From contig CBDCMT010000001.1 in the NCBI GenBank assembly GCA_965219095.1, forward strand, positions 928,001 through 992,000: a stretch of 64,000 nucleotides of DNA, in the 5' to 3' direction. Of this stretch, positions 40,364-52,807 are shown in pieces; position 1 is the stretch's first letter; each line of letters opens with the position of its first letter. Position numbers and translations under genes: made by a program. The notes beneath the pieces are model-generated. The model worked only from the letters and a program-made list of their open reading frames with translations. It was not told where the DNA came from and made no database searches. The stretch is from Bdellovibrionales bacterium. Its GTDB lineage: Bacteria; Bdellovibrionota; Bdellovibrionia; Bdellovibrionales; UBA1609.

Positions 40364-40839
40364 TGAGAGAGTCAATAATTTCATCTTGATATCGGATTCC
40401 TCCACTTTGTAAGTAGCTAGAAAATCATATGCTCTTCAATCTGTGTAACTAATTTTTTTTCGAAATCATTCCTAGAATTAATATGGCTTGATGAAAAAGT
40501 TTGAACATTACACATTAAAAATATCAAGTTGATTTTTTAGGTTTGTTGTAGTTTAAAAAAATTACAAAAAAAGAAAAAGCTATGGACATAAAAAATTCTC
40601 TAGAGACAGGCTTACTTAAATTTTTACCCAAAGGTATACACTAGGATTTTTAGCGTTGTATAAGATGTGTTTTTAAAATTGCCTCCTCAAAAGAATTATA
40701 TTTTTTATAGATGGAATCCATAATTTATTGAGATGCTCGGGTAACATTAGAGTTTGAATTTTTTTATCCTTCCATTTTGGATTACCTTTTGAGTTGTTAT
40801 CTGGTTTAGGAAGATCAAAATTGGGATTCAATCCAGACG
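40364..40839 (-). repeat. About 475-bp inverted duplicate of 45699..46173
   Basis: Near-identical reverse complement; starts exactly at the IS1634 end. Confidence 0.85.
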
Positions 40840-41279
40840 ATAAGACTAGAAAAATACCAGAAGGAGAGGCTGTAGAAGAAGGGCTTTGTTGAATCATCTT
40901 TTTTGAATCCCATTTATTTTAAAATGTCTGTCAAAAAATATGTCAAATCGAAATAAATGCTATTTGAGAGTTGATTCAACAAAATAGTAAAAATTACAAC
41001 TTGAATGGTTTTTATTTGAATTTTTTATGCAGTACATTACTATGTTTTGAAGCAATTACTTGAAAGGTATGACTATCTGGAAGCAGAGCTCTCTTGGACT
41101 TAATATCAATCATCTATTGACAGAGCATCAGTAGCTTTATAAGATATTGCTTTACCTAAAGGTAAGAAAAAGCTTTGATTTCCCCTAAAAAAGCTTAATC
41201 GTCATGGGTTTGAAAGTATCCCATTGCTATCTTCTCATCATTTCCATTCCCGTTGTACTATTCTGGCCATTAGATACTT

Positions 41280-43204
41280 CCTGAAATCTGTTAATTTTGG
41301 TACTAGGTTTCAGGACTAAGAGCCTGTTTTTTTTCAACAGAATACTCCTGATAAATCATAAGAACGAGTTAATTTAGTCTCATTGAGTTTTTCTGGAGAA
41401 CTTATAACACACTATTTTTATAGGTCTTTTTAAAGCTATGTTTTTCATAGGCTCTGTTTTTGGATTGAAATTTGATTCTGTCGTTAAGAGTTTTGAGCCA
41501 TCAACAGGGAGTTGACAAAGCCCCTAAAACATAGTTCAATTTGAACTATGTCTTATAGGTATGAAGAGAAAAGAAATGGAAGCATCTATGTGTATGAGAT
41601 AAGCAGTTACTGGGACAAAGAAAAAAAACAATCTCGTCAGAGAAGAGTTTATTTGGGCAAGAAGAATCAATCTACGGGGAAGCTTGAAGCCAAGTTGAAC
41701 AAACATCCTATAGGTTCTGTAGGTGTTGGGGGGGTGCATCTTTTGCGAGAGATCAGCAAGCAATTAAATTTAGTGAAGGTGTTAAAGAAAGTTTTTCCGA
41801 AAGAATATGAGAAGGTTCTTTATTTGTCTTTTTTTAAAGTGATTAGGGGGGAAGCTTATTATCTTTATCCGTATTGGTGTCAAGAATCCTTTGTTTCTTC
41901 CAAGAATTGTCTTAATTCACCGGACATAAGTAATTTTCTTTTATCTATAGGTTTAGACGAGCAGAGAGTGGAGAGATTTTTTATGGAGTGGATTGGTGTA
42001 CACAGAGAAAGCTCCAGAGTTTTTATGTTTGATATTACATCTATATCTTCTTATGGTGTTGAGAATGAGTTTTTAGAAAGGGGTTATAATCGAGATGGTG
42101 AGTCTTTGGATCAAGTCAATTTAGGAGTTTTAAGTCAGAGCAAGGAAGGTTTAGGCAAAGGAAGTTCAAGCCTTCCTTTGGGTTATCGATTGTATCCGGG
42201 CAGTATTACTGATGTTGTGTCATTAAGGAGCGTGTTACAGTTAGCCAAGGAATACGATTTAGATTTGAAGTGTTTTGTTTTAGATAAAGGGTTTTACAGC
42301 CAAGAAAACATAAAAGATTTAAACAGGGAGGCTTCATCGTATATCGTCCCTATGAGCTTTAGTACGAGTCTATCCCATGCTTTATTGGGATCTGTGAGTA
42401 AGGAGCTTGATTCAATTCCCTCTTCGTTTGTATTCCGTGGTCAAGTTTATTCTTACTGCAAACGAGAAATTAAAATTGGAAAGACTCGTTGTATGGCTCA
42501 TATATATTTGGATGAAAAGAGAAGGGTGTCTAAAAAAAATGAAATGCTATTGAAGTTGGATTGTTTTGAGCGAAGATTTTCTAAGAAGAAATTTAGGACA
42601 AAGAAAGAGTGCGATGAGTGCATAGCAGAAACCTTAAAGAGTGCCAAGAAGCGCTTTACAGTTGTCAAGAAAAAGGGAGGTTTTTTTATTTCGAAAGATT
42701 TGGATTATATTAAAAAGCAGATGCGAAAAATGGGTGTGTTGATTTTACTTACCGATTGCGATCAAAAGCTTTCAAAAGATGAGATCTTAGAGTTGTATAG
42801 AAACAAAGATAGCATTGAAAAGATTTTTTTGTCTTTCAAGCATGATATAAATGAAAAGCGAACGAGGACTCATTCGCTACAAACCATGAGAGGAAGTTTA
42901 TTTATTAACTTTATAGCTTTAATTTTAATCTCTCACATAAACAATGTGATGAAAGAAAAGAATCTGTACAAGAAATTTTCAAAAACAGAGGTCTATAAAA
43001 TTTTAGATAAATTAAAGTTCTATAAATTGGCCACAGGACAAACAAGATTAGGAGAGTTGTCCGGTAAGCAAAAGAGCCTTTATAAAGCTTTTAATGTGAC
43101 TCGGGAAATCCCACACAGCTTTAAGTTGTAAAATCCCCTCCAACTAATGTGACGCATTACGAGGGCCGAATAAAAACCTAGTACCAAAATTAACAGATTT
43201 CAGG
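41280..43204 (+). mobile_element. IS1634-family element, intact transposase 41548..43131
   Basis: 31-bp IRs CCTGAAATCTGTTAATTTTGGTACTAGGTTT; 6-bp TSD ATACTT; FDITSISSY, GYNRD, LDKGFYS, YRNKDSIEKIF. Confidence 0.93.
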
Positions 43205-43318
43205 ATACTTCCCCATTCAGCAAAAAAGCCCTTTATTTTTCCTATACTCTAATATAAGTACCAACTTGTTTGAAATTAAAAAACTCTTGTTTTTTTTGAT
43301 AAGACCGACTAATATAAA

Positions 43319-44566
43319 ATGAGACTTTATATTAGTCGAAAAACTATGTATATTCAGCGCACCATCACTCAATCTCTATTAAAGGCCAGCCGCTCATTTC
43401 CTGTTATTCTGCTTACTGGCCCTCGGCAGGTGGGAAAAACAACACTGTTGCAAAATCTGCAAAAAGGCAAACGCTCTTATATTTCTCTTGATGATCTGGA
43501 TAGACGCATTGCCGCTGAACAAAACCCGGCGGAATTTATTGATCGTCTCGAATTACCTGTGCTTATTGATGAAGTACAGTATGCCTCTAATCTGTTTCCT
43601 TATATTAAAATGGCTGTTGATAAGCTTAAAAAGCCGGGACTTTTTTGGCTCACAGGTTCTCAACAATTTGCCATGATGAAAAATGTTTCCGAATCTCTTG
43701 CCGGTCGGGTTGCTGTTTTTAAATTACAGGGGATTTCTCTTGCGGAAGAAGAAGGGCGTCCTTACACTCCTCCTTTTCTTCCTACAGTTAAGGCACTTAA
43801 AAAAAGACAACAGATAGGGAAACCTGTTTCTTCTCAAAAACTTTTCAGAAAAATATGGCGAGGCTCTTACCCTCAAATGGTGGTAAATAAAAAAACCACA
43901 TGGCAGTTGTTTTATGAATCCTATATTGCTTCTTATATTGAACGGGATGTGAGAGATTATTTAAAAATTGACAATTTAGCAGCTTTTAGAAAATTTATTC
44001 GTGTTGCGGCAGCTCGCACAGGACAGGTGCTTAACTATCGGGAGATTTCAAAAGATACAGGAGTCAGTGAGCCAACAATTAAATCCTGGTTTCATGTTCT
44101 ACAGGCAACAGATCTGATCACTATAGTGCAACCTTATTTTAACAATAGGACTTCTCGTTTGCTTAAAACACCAAAATTTTATTTTATGGATACTGGTCTT
44201 GCTTGTTTTTTAACAGGCTGGCTCAGTGCGGATGTTCTTGAGCGAGGAGCCATGGCAGGGGCTTTTCTGGAAACTTATGTTATTTCTGAAATTATAAAAT
44301 CTTATATTCATAATGGTTATTCTCCACAAATATTTTACTGTGCCAGTAAAGACAAACAGGAAGTGGATTTACTTATAGAACAGTCAGGCTTTTTACATCC
44401 CATTGAAATAAAAAAATCCTCTTCTATTAGAAATATGAAATTCAAAGATTTTGATTTTTTTAAAAAACTAAAAACTTCCATAGGGCATGGCTGTCTTTTA
44501 TACACAGGCTCTTCTCTTTTGCCTTTTAAGCCAAATGTTGATGCTGTTCCTATAGGCTTTATCTGA
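43319..44566 (+). CDS. AAA+ ATPase with DUF4143 / PD-(D/E)xK-like C-terminus
   Basis: TGPRQVGKTT, IDEVQY, LTGSQ, ESLAGR, YIERDV, KTPKFYFMDTGL, EVDLLIE..PIEIK. Confidence 0.88.
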   Translation: MRLYISRKTMYIQRTITQSLLKASRSFPVILLTGPRQVGKTTLLQNLQKGKRSYISLDDLDRRIAAEQNPAEFIDRLELPVLIDEVQYASNLFPYIKMAVDKLKKPGLFWLTGSQQFAMMKNVSESLAGRVAVFKLQGISLAEEEGRPYTPPFLPTVKALKKRQQIGKPVSSQKLFRKIWRGSYPQMVVNKKTTWQLFYESYIASYIERDVRDYLKIDNLAAFRKFIRVAAARTGQVLNYREISKDTGVSEPTIKSWFHVLQATDLITIVQPYFNNRTSRLLKTPKFYFMDTGLACFLTGWLSADVLERGAMAGAFLETYVISEIIKSYIHNGYSPQIFYCASKDKQEVDLLIEQSGFLHPIEIKKSSSIRNMKFKDFDFFKKLKTSIGHGCLLYTGSSLLPFKPNVDAVPIGFI

Positions 44567-44818
44567 GTTTCTTACTTTAGTTAAGCGGATAAAATTCATA
44601 TCATGAAAAAAACTCAAAAAAGTAGCAAAGACAGGTTGATATGAGTCGAAATGGTGGAGTAATTTTTAACGTAATTCATACTTCATTTGCTCCTTTTTTT
44701 CAAATTTCAATCAAGATCAAAAACTCATTTTAGGGTCATTAATGAAATGCCAGATTTACTTTACAACAAGTTATTAAAAAATGAAATGGAGTTCATGCCG
44801 CTTCCTCCTTTGGATAGT

Positions 44819-45212
44819 CCCGACTTCAGCGTTTTCCACTACTAAAACTTCATAAAAGTGTGCGAGCTATGTTTAGAACAGAGTTGGGGGGTATTTTTCC
44901 AGACAGTGCATTTGTAGTGTCAGAAATCTTTTTTTGAGGTCTTTTCAAGGCTGGAAATTTCTTTTAACATTTAAATATGTTTGTAAAAAAGATTCCAAGA
45001 AAGAATAGTTTTATTTCAGTTCAGATTGTAGAGAACAAGAGAGTGCAGAATAAAGTCATCCAAAAAACCATTCAACATTTGGGGCAATATACAGTTTTAA
45101 CCCCTAAAATCATATAAAAATCCTATAAGGCACCGTTTAAAATGTAGTGATCACGATTTTGCGTAACCACTTGAAATCATTAGATTCTTGAAAAGAAAAC
45201 GCTGAAGTCGGG
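44819..45212 (+). mobile_element. 394-bp non-autonomous IS1634 derivative with 202-bp flanking direct repeats
   Basis: IRs CCCGACTTCAGCGTTTTC; N-terminal relic MFVKKIPRK..SVQIVENKRVQNKVIQKTIQHLG; 44617-44818 repeats at 45213-45414. Confidence 0.88.
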
Positions 45213-45830
45213 AAAAAGTAGCAAAGACAGGTTGATATGAGTCGAAATGGTGGAGTAATTTTTAACGTAATTCATACTTCATTTGCTCCTTTTTTTCAAA
45301 TTTCAATCAAGATCAAAAACTCATTTTAGGGTCATTAATGAAATGCCAGATTTACTTTACAACAAGTTATTGAAAAATGAAATGGAGCTCATGCCGCTTC
45401 CTCCTTTGGATAGTGAAACAACAGATGAAAATACTCCTGAATTTAAAAAAGAAGTGTTTATCGCAAAAAAATACAGATCAGGAATATATAAAAAATGCCT
45501 CCTCAAAAGAATCTGTGGGTTCCCGGAGGTTCTTTTGAGGAGCCTAAAAAATATCCAAGCAATTGAACAAGAACAAGAAGATAACCTTAACGAAGCTCAT
45601 GAAAAAGTTTTAAGGTAGCTAAAAGACAGGATAAGAATTAAATTGGGAATGTCTCCCAGATCAACAAAAGATACACCCATAGAAGATCACTGTAAAAAGT
45701 CTGGATTGAATCCCAATTTTGATCTTCCTAAACCAGATAACAACTCAAAAGGTAATCTAAAATAGAAGGATAAAAAAATTCAAACTCTAATGTTACCCGA
45801 GCATCTCAATAAATTATGGATTCCATCTAT
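45213..45830 (+). pseudogene. Fragment resembling the N-terminus of DUF4011-domain helicase proteins
   Basis: FRVINEMPDLLYNKLL...LKDRIRIKLGMSPR...GLNPNFDLP...DKKIQTLMLPEHL with stops and a mini-ISL3 insertion; recalled similarity only. Confidence 0.5.
45497..45544. mobile_element. 48-bp ISL3-derived MITE
   Basis: GCCTCCTCAAAAGAA...TTCTTTTGAGGAGCC with 8-bp TSD TAAAAAAT on both sides. Confidence 0.82.
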
Positions 45831-46457
45831 AAAAAATATAATTCTTTTGAGGAGGCAATTTTAAAAACACATCTTATACAACGCTAAAAATCCTAGTGTA
45901 TACCTTTGGGTAAAAATTTAAGTAAGCCTGTCTCTAGAGAATTTTTTATGTCCATAGCTTTTTCTTTTTTTGTAATTTTTTTAAATTACAACAAACCTAA
46001 AAAATCAACTTGATATTTTTAATGTGTAACGTTCAAACTTTTTCATCAAGCCATATTAATTCTAGGAATGATTTCGAAAAAAGATTAGTTACACAGATTG
46101 AAGAGCATATGATTTTCTAGCTACTTACAAAGTGGAGGAATCCGATATCAAGATGAAATTATTGACTCTCTCATCTATGCAAAAAGGAAAATTGATCCAA
46201 GAAACGACAAATATTTAAAACACCTCTCAAGGTTTAATTTAACTAAACAAACTTTATAAAAATTCTAAATCAAGCAAAAAAGTGATAATTTTTGTCACTT
46301 TTTGAATTTTTTTCAATATCCTAGGGTTTATTTTTATAAGGATTAAGTTTGGTAGATTTTTTATGTTATGCTTTTGTAATTTTTTTCATTTTGTAAAAAT
46401 TTTCAATAATTGCAAGCTATATGTTTTCGTTAAGTTACTTTACTATGTTACTATTTG

Positions 46458-48177
46458 CCTAAATTCGAGATAAATTTTACTCACTAGGATTTTCCATTTT
46501 AGGTCACCTCAAAGAAACTCCATTTCTATAGGGGAAATACAGGAATTTTCAATCCAAAGAAAAATAAGCCTTGACTTTTCTTAGGTTTATAGTGAGTATT
46601 ATACTCACTAGGAGGTGTTCATGAGCTTTATTAGAAGATACAAAAAGGGTGGTGTCGTTTATCTTGCAGAAGTAGAAAATCGATGGGTTAAAGGTAAAGT
46701 TGTTCAGAAATACATCCGTCATATTGGAAAAGAAGTTAATAAAGAGGCTGTCATTTCTCTTTCATCAAAAGATATTCAAATGGATGGTTAAAAATCTATG
46801 GTCCCTTGCTTGCCTTTCACAGCATTGCAAAAAAAATAAATCTTCCAGAAATTTTAGGGGGAATACTCCAACGAAATACTAAGCATGACTTACGCTCACT
46901 GTATAAATTATAAAAGCTTACGGAATATGCCAAAATGGTATGAAAGAACTGATTTAAATTTGCTTCTAAACTTAGATTCTTTGACAGAAAGTCGATTGGT
47001 TTCTGCAATGGACAGTATTAACGATGAGCAAATAGAAGCTTATCAGAAAACCATCTTTAATAAGGTCAAGAGAACATATAAATTAGATACCAAAGGTCTA
47101 GTTTATGACACTACAAACACTTATTTTCATGGAAAGGCCTGCTCAATGGGAAAACAAGGAAGAAGTAAGGATGGTCAAAGACAAAATGATCTTATTCAAA
47201 TAGCTTTGGTGACAACACAAAATGAAGGAGTTCCTGTATTTCACAAAACATTTGATGGAAATATTCATGACGCAAGAACTCTTTCATGCGTTCTAGAGTA
47301 TTTACGAAAAAGTCAAATTCGTCCTCAACTGTTTGTTTATGATCGGGGTGTAGTTTCTAAAAAAAATCTGATGTCCTCTAGAGAAATAGGCTTAAATACC
47401 TTATGTGGCTTGCCCATTCGAGAGAAAGAAAAGGCTATTATAAGAAAGTTTTCAAATAAAAAATTCCTGGACAACATATCAAGCATAGTCCGAGTCAATA
47501 AGAGTAGTTTTTATGTGGGAGGAGTTGCTTATAAATTAGCTTCAATTAGTGGAAAATTGGTAATTTGTTATAATGCATCGAAAAAATTAGAGGAAACAGA
47601 ATCAAGAAGATTGGGCTTTCTTGAGGCTCAAGAATTAAGAAAAAAAGGGAAAAAGATAAATGAACGTTTTGAAAGATATTTAACAGCCACTGGCAGAATC
47701 AGGACAGAGCTTTTAAAAAGAGAGGAAGAGTTGGATGGATTTTTTTGTCTTTTCTGCACAAAGAAATCCATTTCAGAAAAGGAAATGGTAAGGATTTATT
47801 TTGACAAGGATGTTATAGAACAAGCTTTTAAAGTATTGAAAGGTATCTCGAATATACAACCTATCAGATTTTGGCTAAACAAAAAAGTTAAAGCCCATGT
47901 GTTCATATGTTATTTATCCTATCTTTTATTATCAATTTTAAAAATGAGATTAAATCATAAAAATGTTGGAATATCTCCACAAAAAGCCATTGAGGAGCTG
48001 GAAACAATGTATAATGTTTATTTTTCTGATAAAAAGAAAAAAGTAAGGTTGATGAAAACTGTTACTTTAAATAAGAAGCAAGAAAAAATACTGAATTCCA
48101 TAGATTTAGGAATTTTGAGAAATCGCACTTCCATACTTTCTTAAATCCTAGTGAGTAAAAATTGTCTCAAACTTAGG
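46458..48177 (+). mobile_element. IS1634-family element; transposase 46621..48144 with two compensating frameshifts near 46788 and 46860
   Basis: About 34-bp imperfect IRs CCTAA..TACTCACTAGGATTT; 6-bp TSD TATTTG; YDTTNTYF, GRSKD, YDRG, IEQAFKVLK. Confidence 0.9.
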
Positions 48178-48343
48178 TATTTGATGTTACCTTTTTAGAA
48201 AGGTTATTAGGGTAAAGGTTCTGTTCAATAAAAATCAGAGCTTAAAAATAAAAAAGCTTAAGAAGAGGTTTTCAGGATTTCAGGAAAAGGAGTTTTCTTG
48301 AAAAAAGTTAAGCACTCAAAGCCAAAGAGGAGATAGGGGCAAA

Positions 48344-49717
48344 ATGAAAAAACATTTATTTTTTTTATTTACTTTTACTTTCTCCTCTTTTTCAATTCAC
48401 ACTTATATTTCTGAAAAGTCTAGTTCTTTGTTTTTGGGCATTTTTTCTTCAAAAGCTTTAGCTGAGAGTAAGAATGACACTCAGTCCATCACTTATCAAG
48501 AGTTGTTAGAAGCTCTTAAAAAGAAGCGAACTCAAGTGATTGAGTTTGAAAGAATAAAAGCCGTTGCTAAACAACTAGGTATAAGGGTATGGCTTTTTGG
48601 TGGTACAGCAGCTAGTTTTGCTCACTATGTGAAATGGGATTTAGAGAGATTGAAAGGTGATCTTCAATACTAGAAAGAGCATTTTGATTACAGCTATGTG
48701 CAAATCTACCGTTCTACTCAAGATATGGATTTAGTTATAGACGGACCAGAAGAGAAAGCCCAGAGACTACAATCTATTTTAAGAGAAGATCTTCCTTATT
48801 TTTCTGGTAACAAAGAGCATTGGGAGGTGAGGCTTTTAAGAGAGCCAATAGGGGATAAAGCACCTTTACTTCGTAGTTTTGAATTTTTAAACCAACACAC
48901 TGATTCTCATTCTACAGGTATGATTGAGTTGACAGGAGGGTTCAAATCTTCTTCTGAGATCGATTCCCAACCGTCTATGGTTAAAGATTTAAGAGATTGG
49001 GGGTCTAAAGAATCTAAGTTTTTACAAGATGTCCTAGACGGAAGGCTTACCTACTATGATTCTAAAACCCATAAAGAAACTCAGAGGTACAAAGAGGGCA
49101 AAAACCCTGAGATATTTTCAGTGATAAGATATTTTACAAAACTTTTTCAATATCAGCTTGAGCCCAGAGAAAAGGACTTAAAAAGACTTAAAGAACTCAT
49201 CAATGATTTTTCAAATAAAAAGCTCGAGACAGATTATGCACAGTACTGGGTTGAAGAAAACGGTAAAAAGTTAATCCTCCATGCAATGGATGTAGAGTAT
49301 GCGTGGAATGTTTTAGAAAAAATTGGTTTAAGAAAAAAGCTTATGGGATTAGGATCCAAAGATGAAGAGAATTCTCTTTCATGGTGGATGAATAAGGAGC
49401 CTTTAAGGACAAAGCCTATTTCTGATAACAGATCTAAGAAAACAGCTCGAGAATTAGGAATAGAGATTGTTACTCATGAAACAAAAGATTTAAGAGCCTA
49501 TGAGGTGATTACAAAATCTAAAAAAGGTTTCTCCAATGTGTTTATTTCAAGAAGAAACGTCTCCAGTGAAGCGGCAGCTGGGGGAGAGGGGTTTTATACC
49601 ATAATTGGTAAAAAGGGAGGAGCAGGTACTGGTATATCCATCCGGTTTCGAATTCATCCCGAAGCTAAAGAAAGTGAGGATTTCATAAAAGAATCTGCTT
49701 ATGATATGGTTATATAG
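48344..49717 (+). pseudogene. Exported multidomain protein (NTase-like plus ART-like motifs), in-frame TAG at 48671 and 3' truncation by IS630
   Basis: Two track ORFs in the same frame separated by one TAG; leader peptide; VWLFGG...DMDLVID; HET...GEGFYT. Confidence 0.65.
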
Positions 49718-50854
49718 TGCTTCCGCTTAGGTTTTCCGTTTTTTTTTGAGTTGAGGTCTAGTTTTTATTCTAAGGCCTTGATAAAAAGTCATTTATTTTT
49801 AAAAATAGTTTCATATATCAGGGTTTCTATCAAAAAAAGAGCGAAAAGATTTACTCTATGAACTATCTCTAGAGAAAAATATTAAATACGTAAAAAGGAT
49901 TATGACAATTCTCCATTTAGATAAAGGTGAGTTGTGTAAAGATATTTCCCGTTTTCTTTTCATTGATGAGGGCACGATAAGAGCCTGTAGAGATCGTTAT
50001 AACAAAGGTGGGATAGAGTGCTTAATCAACGACAATTACAACCCTAAAAGGTCCTTTTTAACTAAGAAAGAGGAGAAAATGCTTTTAAAGGAGTTAGAAA
50101 AAAGAATTTTTCCGTCATCACAATCTGTTATCCAGTTCATTGAGGAGAATTTTGGTGTTACGTACTTTAACAAGTGGTGTAATTGATCTTCTCCATCGCC
50201 TTGGTTTTTCTTATAAAAAAGCCACAGCGATACCGGGTAAGGCAAAGAGAGAAGAGCAGAAAAAGTTTGTGCGTAAATACAAGAGAATTAAGAAGAAAGA
50301 CGGTCCTGTTTACTTTGCTGATTCCACACATCCTGAGTGGGGCCCTACGATTTCATATGGTTGGATAAGAGAGGGTAAGAAGTTTGAAGTGAAGACCAAT
50401 TCAGGCTGGAGAAAAAGAGTGAATGTTTGTGGAGCTATTGAGATCAATAGTTTGAAGACGGTAGTCAGGAGTTATAAGACAGTTAACCATGTTTCCATAT
50501 GTGATATGCTCCATCATATTCGCAAGAAGCATCCCGATGAAAAAGAGATTCATCTTATCTTAGATGGGGCCGGATACAATAGATCGAAGTCTGTCAAGAA
50601 GTTAGCGAAAGAGTTGAATATAAAGCTTATTTATCTTCCTCCGTACTCACCGAATTTAAATCCTATAGAAAGGCTTTGGAAGTTTATGAAAAAAGAGGTC
50701 ACGGCGAATCGATATTATGAAAACTATGACGATTTCAAGGGAAGTTTAAGTCAATTTTTTAGAGGAATACGAAAACACAGATCTAAATTAGAAACTTTGA
50801 TAACTGATAACTTCTCTATCTTAGGAAACTGAAAACCTAAACGGAAGCACTATA
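49713..50854 (+). mobile_element. IS630-family element, transposase split over frames
   Basis: IRs TAGTGCTTCCG.TTAGGTTTTC at TA sites; LGFSYKK, FADSTHP, LDGAGYN, LPPYSPNLNPIERLW. Confidence 0.92.
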
Positions 50855-50856
50855 TA

Positions 50857-51556
50857 GTGCTTAGGATCTAACTCCACCTTCTTACAACTTTCCACAATAG
50901 TGTAAAGCACTGCTGCTGTTTCAGCTCCTCTCTGAGTCCTTGACCCATGAAAGTTCTTTCTTCCCATCACAGAATGTCGAATCGTTCTTTCTGCTTCATT
51001 GTTGGTCATAGGAATTTTCTCATTTTCTAAAAATAAATTTAAGCCATCCCAATGGTTAAAGCTATAATCAATAGCCTTTTTTAACCCACTCTCAGGACGA
51101 GCTTTTCCATAAAGCTCATAATACAGATCCTGGAGTTTAAGAACTAAATCCTTTGATTCTGTTTGTCTTAAACTTTTGAGCTCTTCATAAGTTTTTGCCT
51201 TTGATTCAACTTTAAAAATCTCCCCCATAAGCTTTAATACTTTTCCACACTCCTCAGGGTAATTCTGTTCTATGTCAATAAACTTTTTTCTCGCATGAGA
51301 CCAAAAAAAAGCAAGATCAATTCCCTTTTCACCCTTAAAATGTGTTTTATAACTAGCGTAGCCATCTGTTAAAATAGGCCCCTTATAAGAGCCTAAGAGT
51401 TCTTTAACAGAACAAGCGGCTCTCACTAAAGTAATAAAAACTTCCTCCCTGATGACTTATAACAAACATGTAGCCGTCCTTTTGATGTGAATTATTAATA
51501 GGCCATGGAGTTTCATCAATATGAATCGTTCTGTCTAGTTTAAGAAGCTCCTCTTT
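50857..51556 (-). mobile_element. IS66 transposase fragment
   Basis: TDGYASY, WSHARKKF, NNEAERTIR, GRKN; cut by IS3 and IS630. Confidence 0.85.
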
Positions 51557-52807
51557 TGATCTTCCCCCAAAAAAGTGGACAGTTTTTATGTTCTTAAAGC
51601 CCTCCTTTGTTTAAATTCTTTTGGGCTCATGTATTTCAAGGAAGAATGCATTCTTACCTTGTTATACCAATCCATGTAAATTGCAATTTTTTTCTCCAAC
51701 TCTTCCTTTGTTGTACAGTCTTTGTATTCCAGTTCATCCTTCAACGTATGGAAAAAGCTCTCCACAAACGCATTATCATAACAATTTCCTTTCCTAGACA
51801 TAGATTGCTTGAGGCCAAAGAATTTCAATTCTTTTCTAAACCCTTCACAACAATATTGAACCCCTTGATCCGAGTGGATTATCAAGCCCTCTAAGTTCCC
51901 AGAAACAGATTGGACTGCGGCTCTCAGAGCCTGTTTTGAATGAACCCCGTCCAAGCTCTCACAGAGCTTCCAAGACTTAATCTCTCGATTATAGACATCT
52001 AAAAATACAACCAAATACAGAAATTTATCTCTAAAAGGAATATAGGTTAAATCCGAACACCATACCTGGTTTTCTTTTCCTGCTTGGCTCTGTCCTGTCT
52101 TAAACAACCGAGGAGACTTAATCATGAGAGGGTTATTCTTTGTTGTTCTAGGAACATAGGGTTTTTTCTGACGGGCACTGAGATTCTTTAGTTTCATAAT
52201 TCGAGCTACTTTGTTTTCTCCAGCACTCACTCCGCAACGCTTTAATTCCCTATACACCCTGGGGGAACCATAACAGCCTTTATTTTTTTTAAAAATAGAT
52301 TCTATGTTTTTCTCCAGATTTTTATCCTTTTCAAGCTTTCCCCTGGTTTTTAAAAAACTATAAAAACCAGAACGAGATCCTCTTAATAATTCGCAAATGC
52401 GAAGCACTGGATGCCCTTTCTCTTTTACATAAAACATAGCCTTAAATCTCATTTCAGGATTTCCTTTGAAAAAAAAGCCGCTGCCTCTTTCAATATACCT
52501 ACACTCCGCCTCTCATAGACCAGCTCCTTTTTTAACCTCTTTATTTCCTCCAATGCCGAAGCCAAGTCATGGGAAGCTTGTCTTTCTACTTCAGGCTTTA
52601 GAAAACGCTTCCAAGAGCTTATCACTTGGAAATTTCTCAGTCCTAGCTTCTCTGAGGCTTCCTTTGCACCTATTTCCTCTGCCAATTCAATGGCTTGCTT
52701 TTTAAACTCTTCCGAGTACTGTTTTACTTTTTCCATTCTTTCTTTTACCTCCATTTTATGGAGACTTTAAGAGAAAATTGACTGTCCGCAGAAACAGGGG
52801 AAGTTCA
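51557..52807 (-). mobile_element. IS3-family element (orfA 52449..52754, orfB 51586..52452)
   Basis: TG...CA ends with CTTCCCC; YSEEFK HTH; YGSPR, WCSDLTY, HSDQG, CYDNAFVESFF; no TSD. Confidence 0.93.

Noticed and set aside
35019..48673. Stop-codon reassignment suggested by in-frame TGA (35019) and TAG (48671)
   Set aside because: TGA and TAG terminate conserved genes normally (lepA, ptrB); these are isolated nonsense mutations
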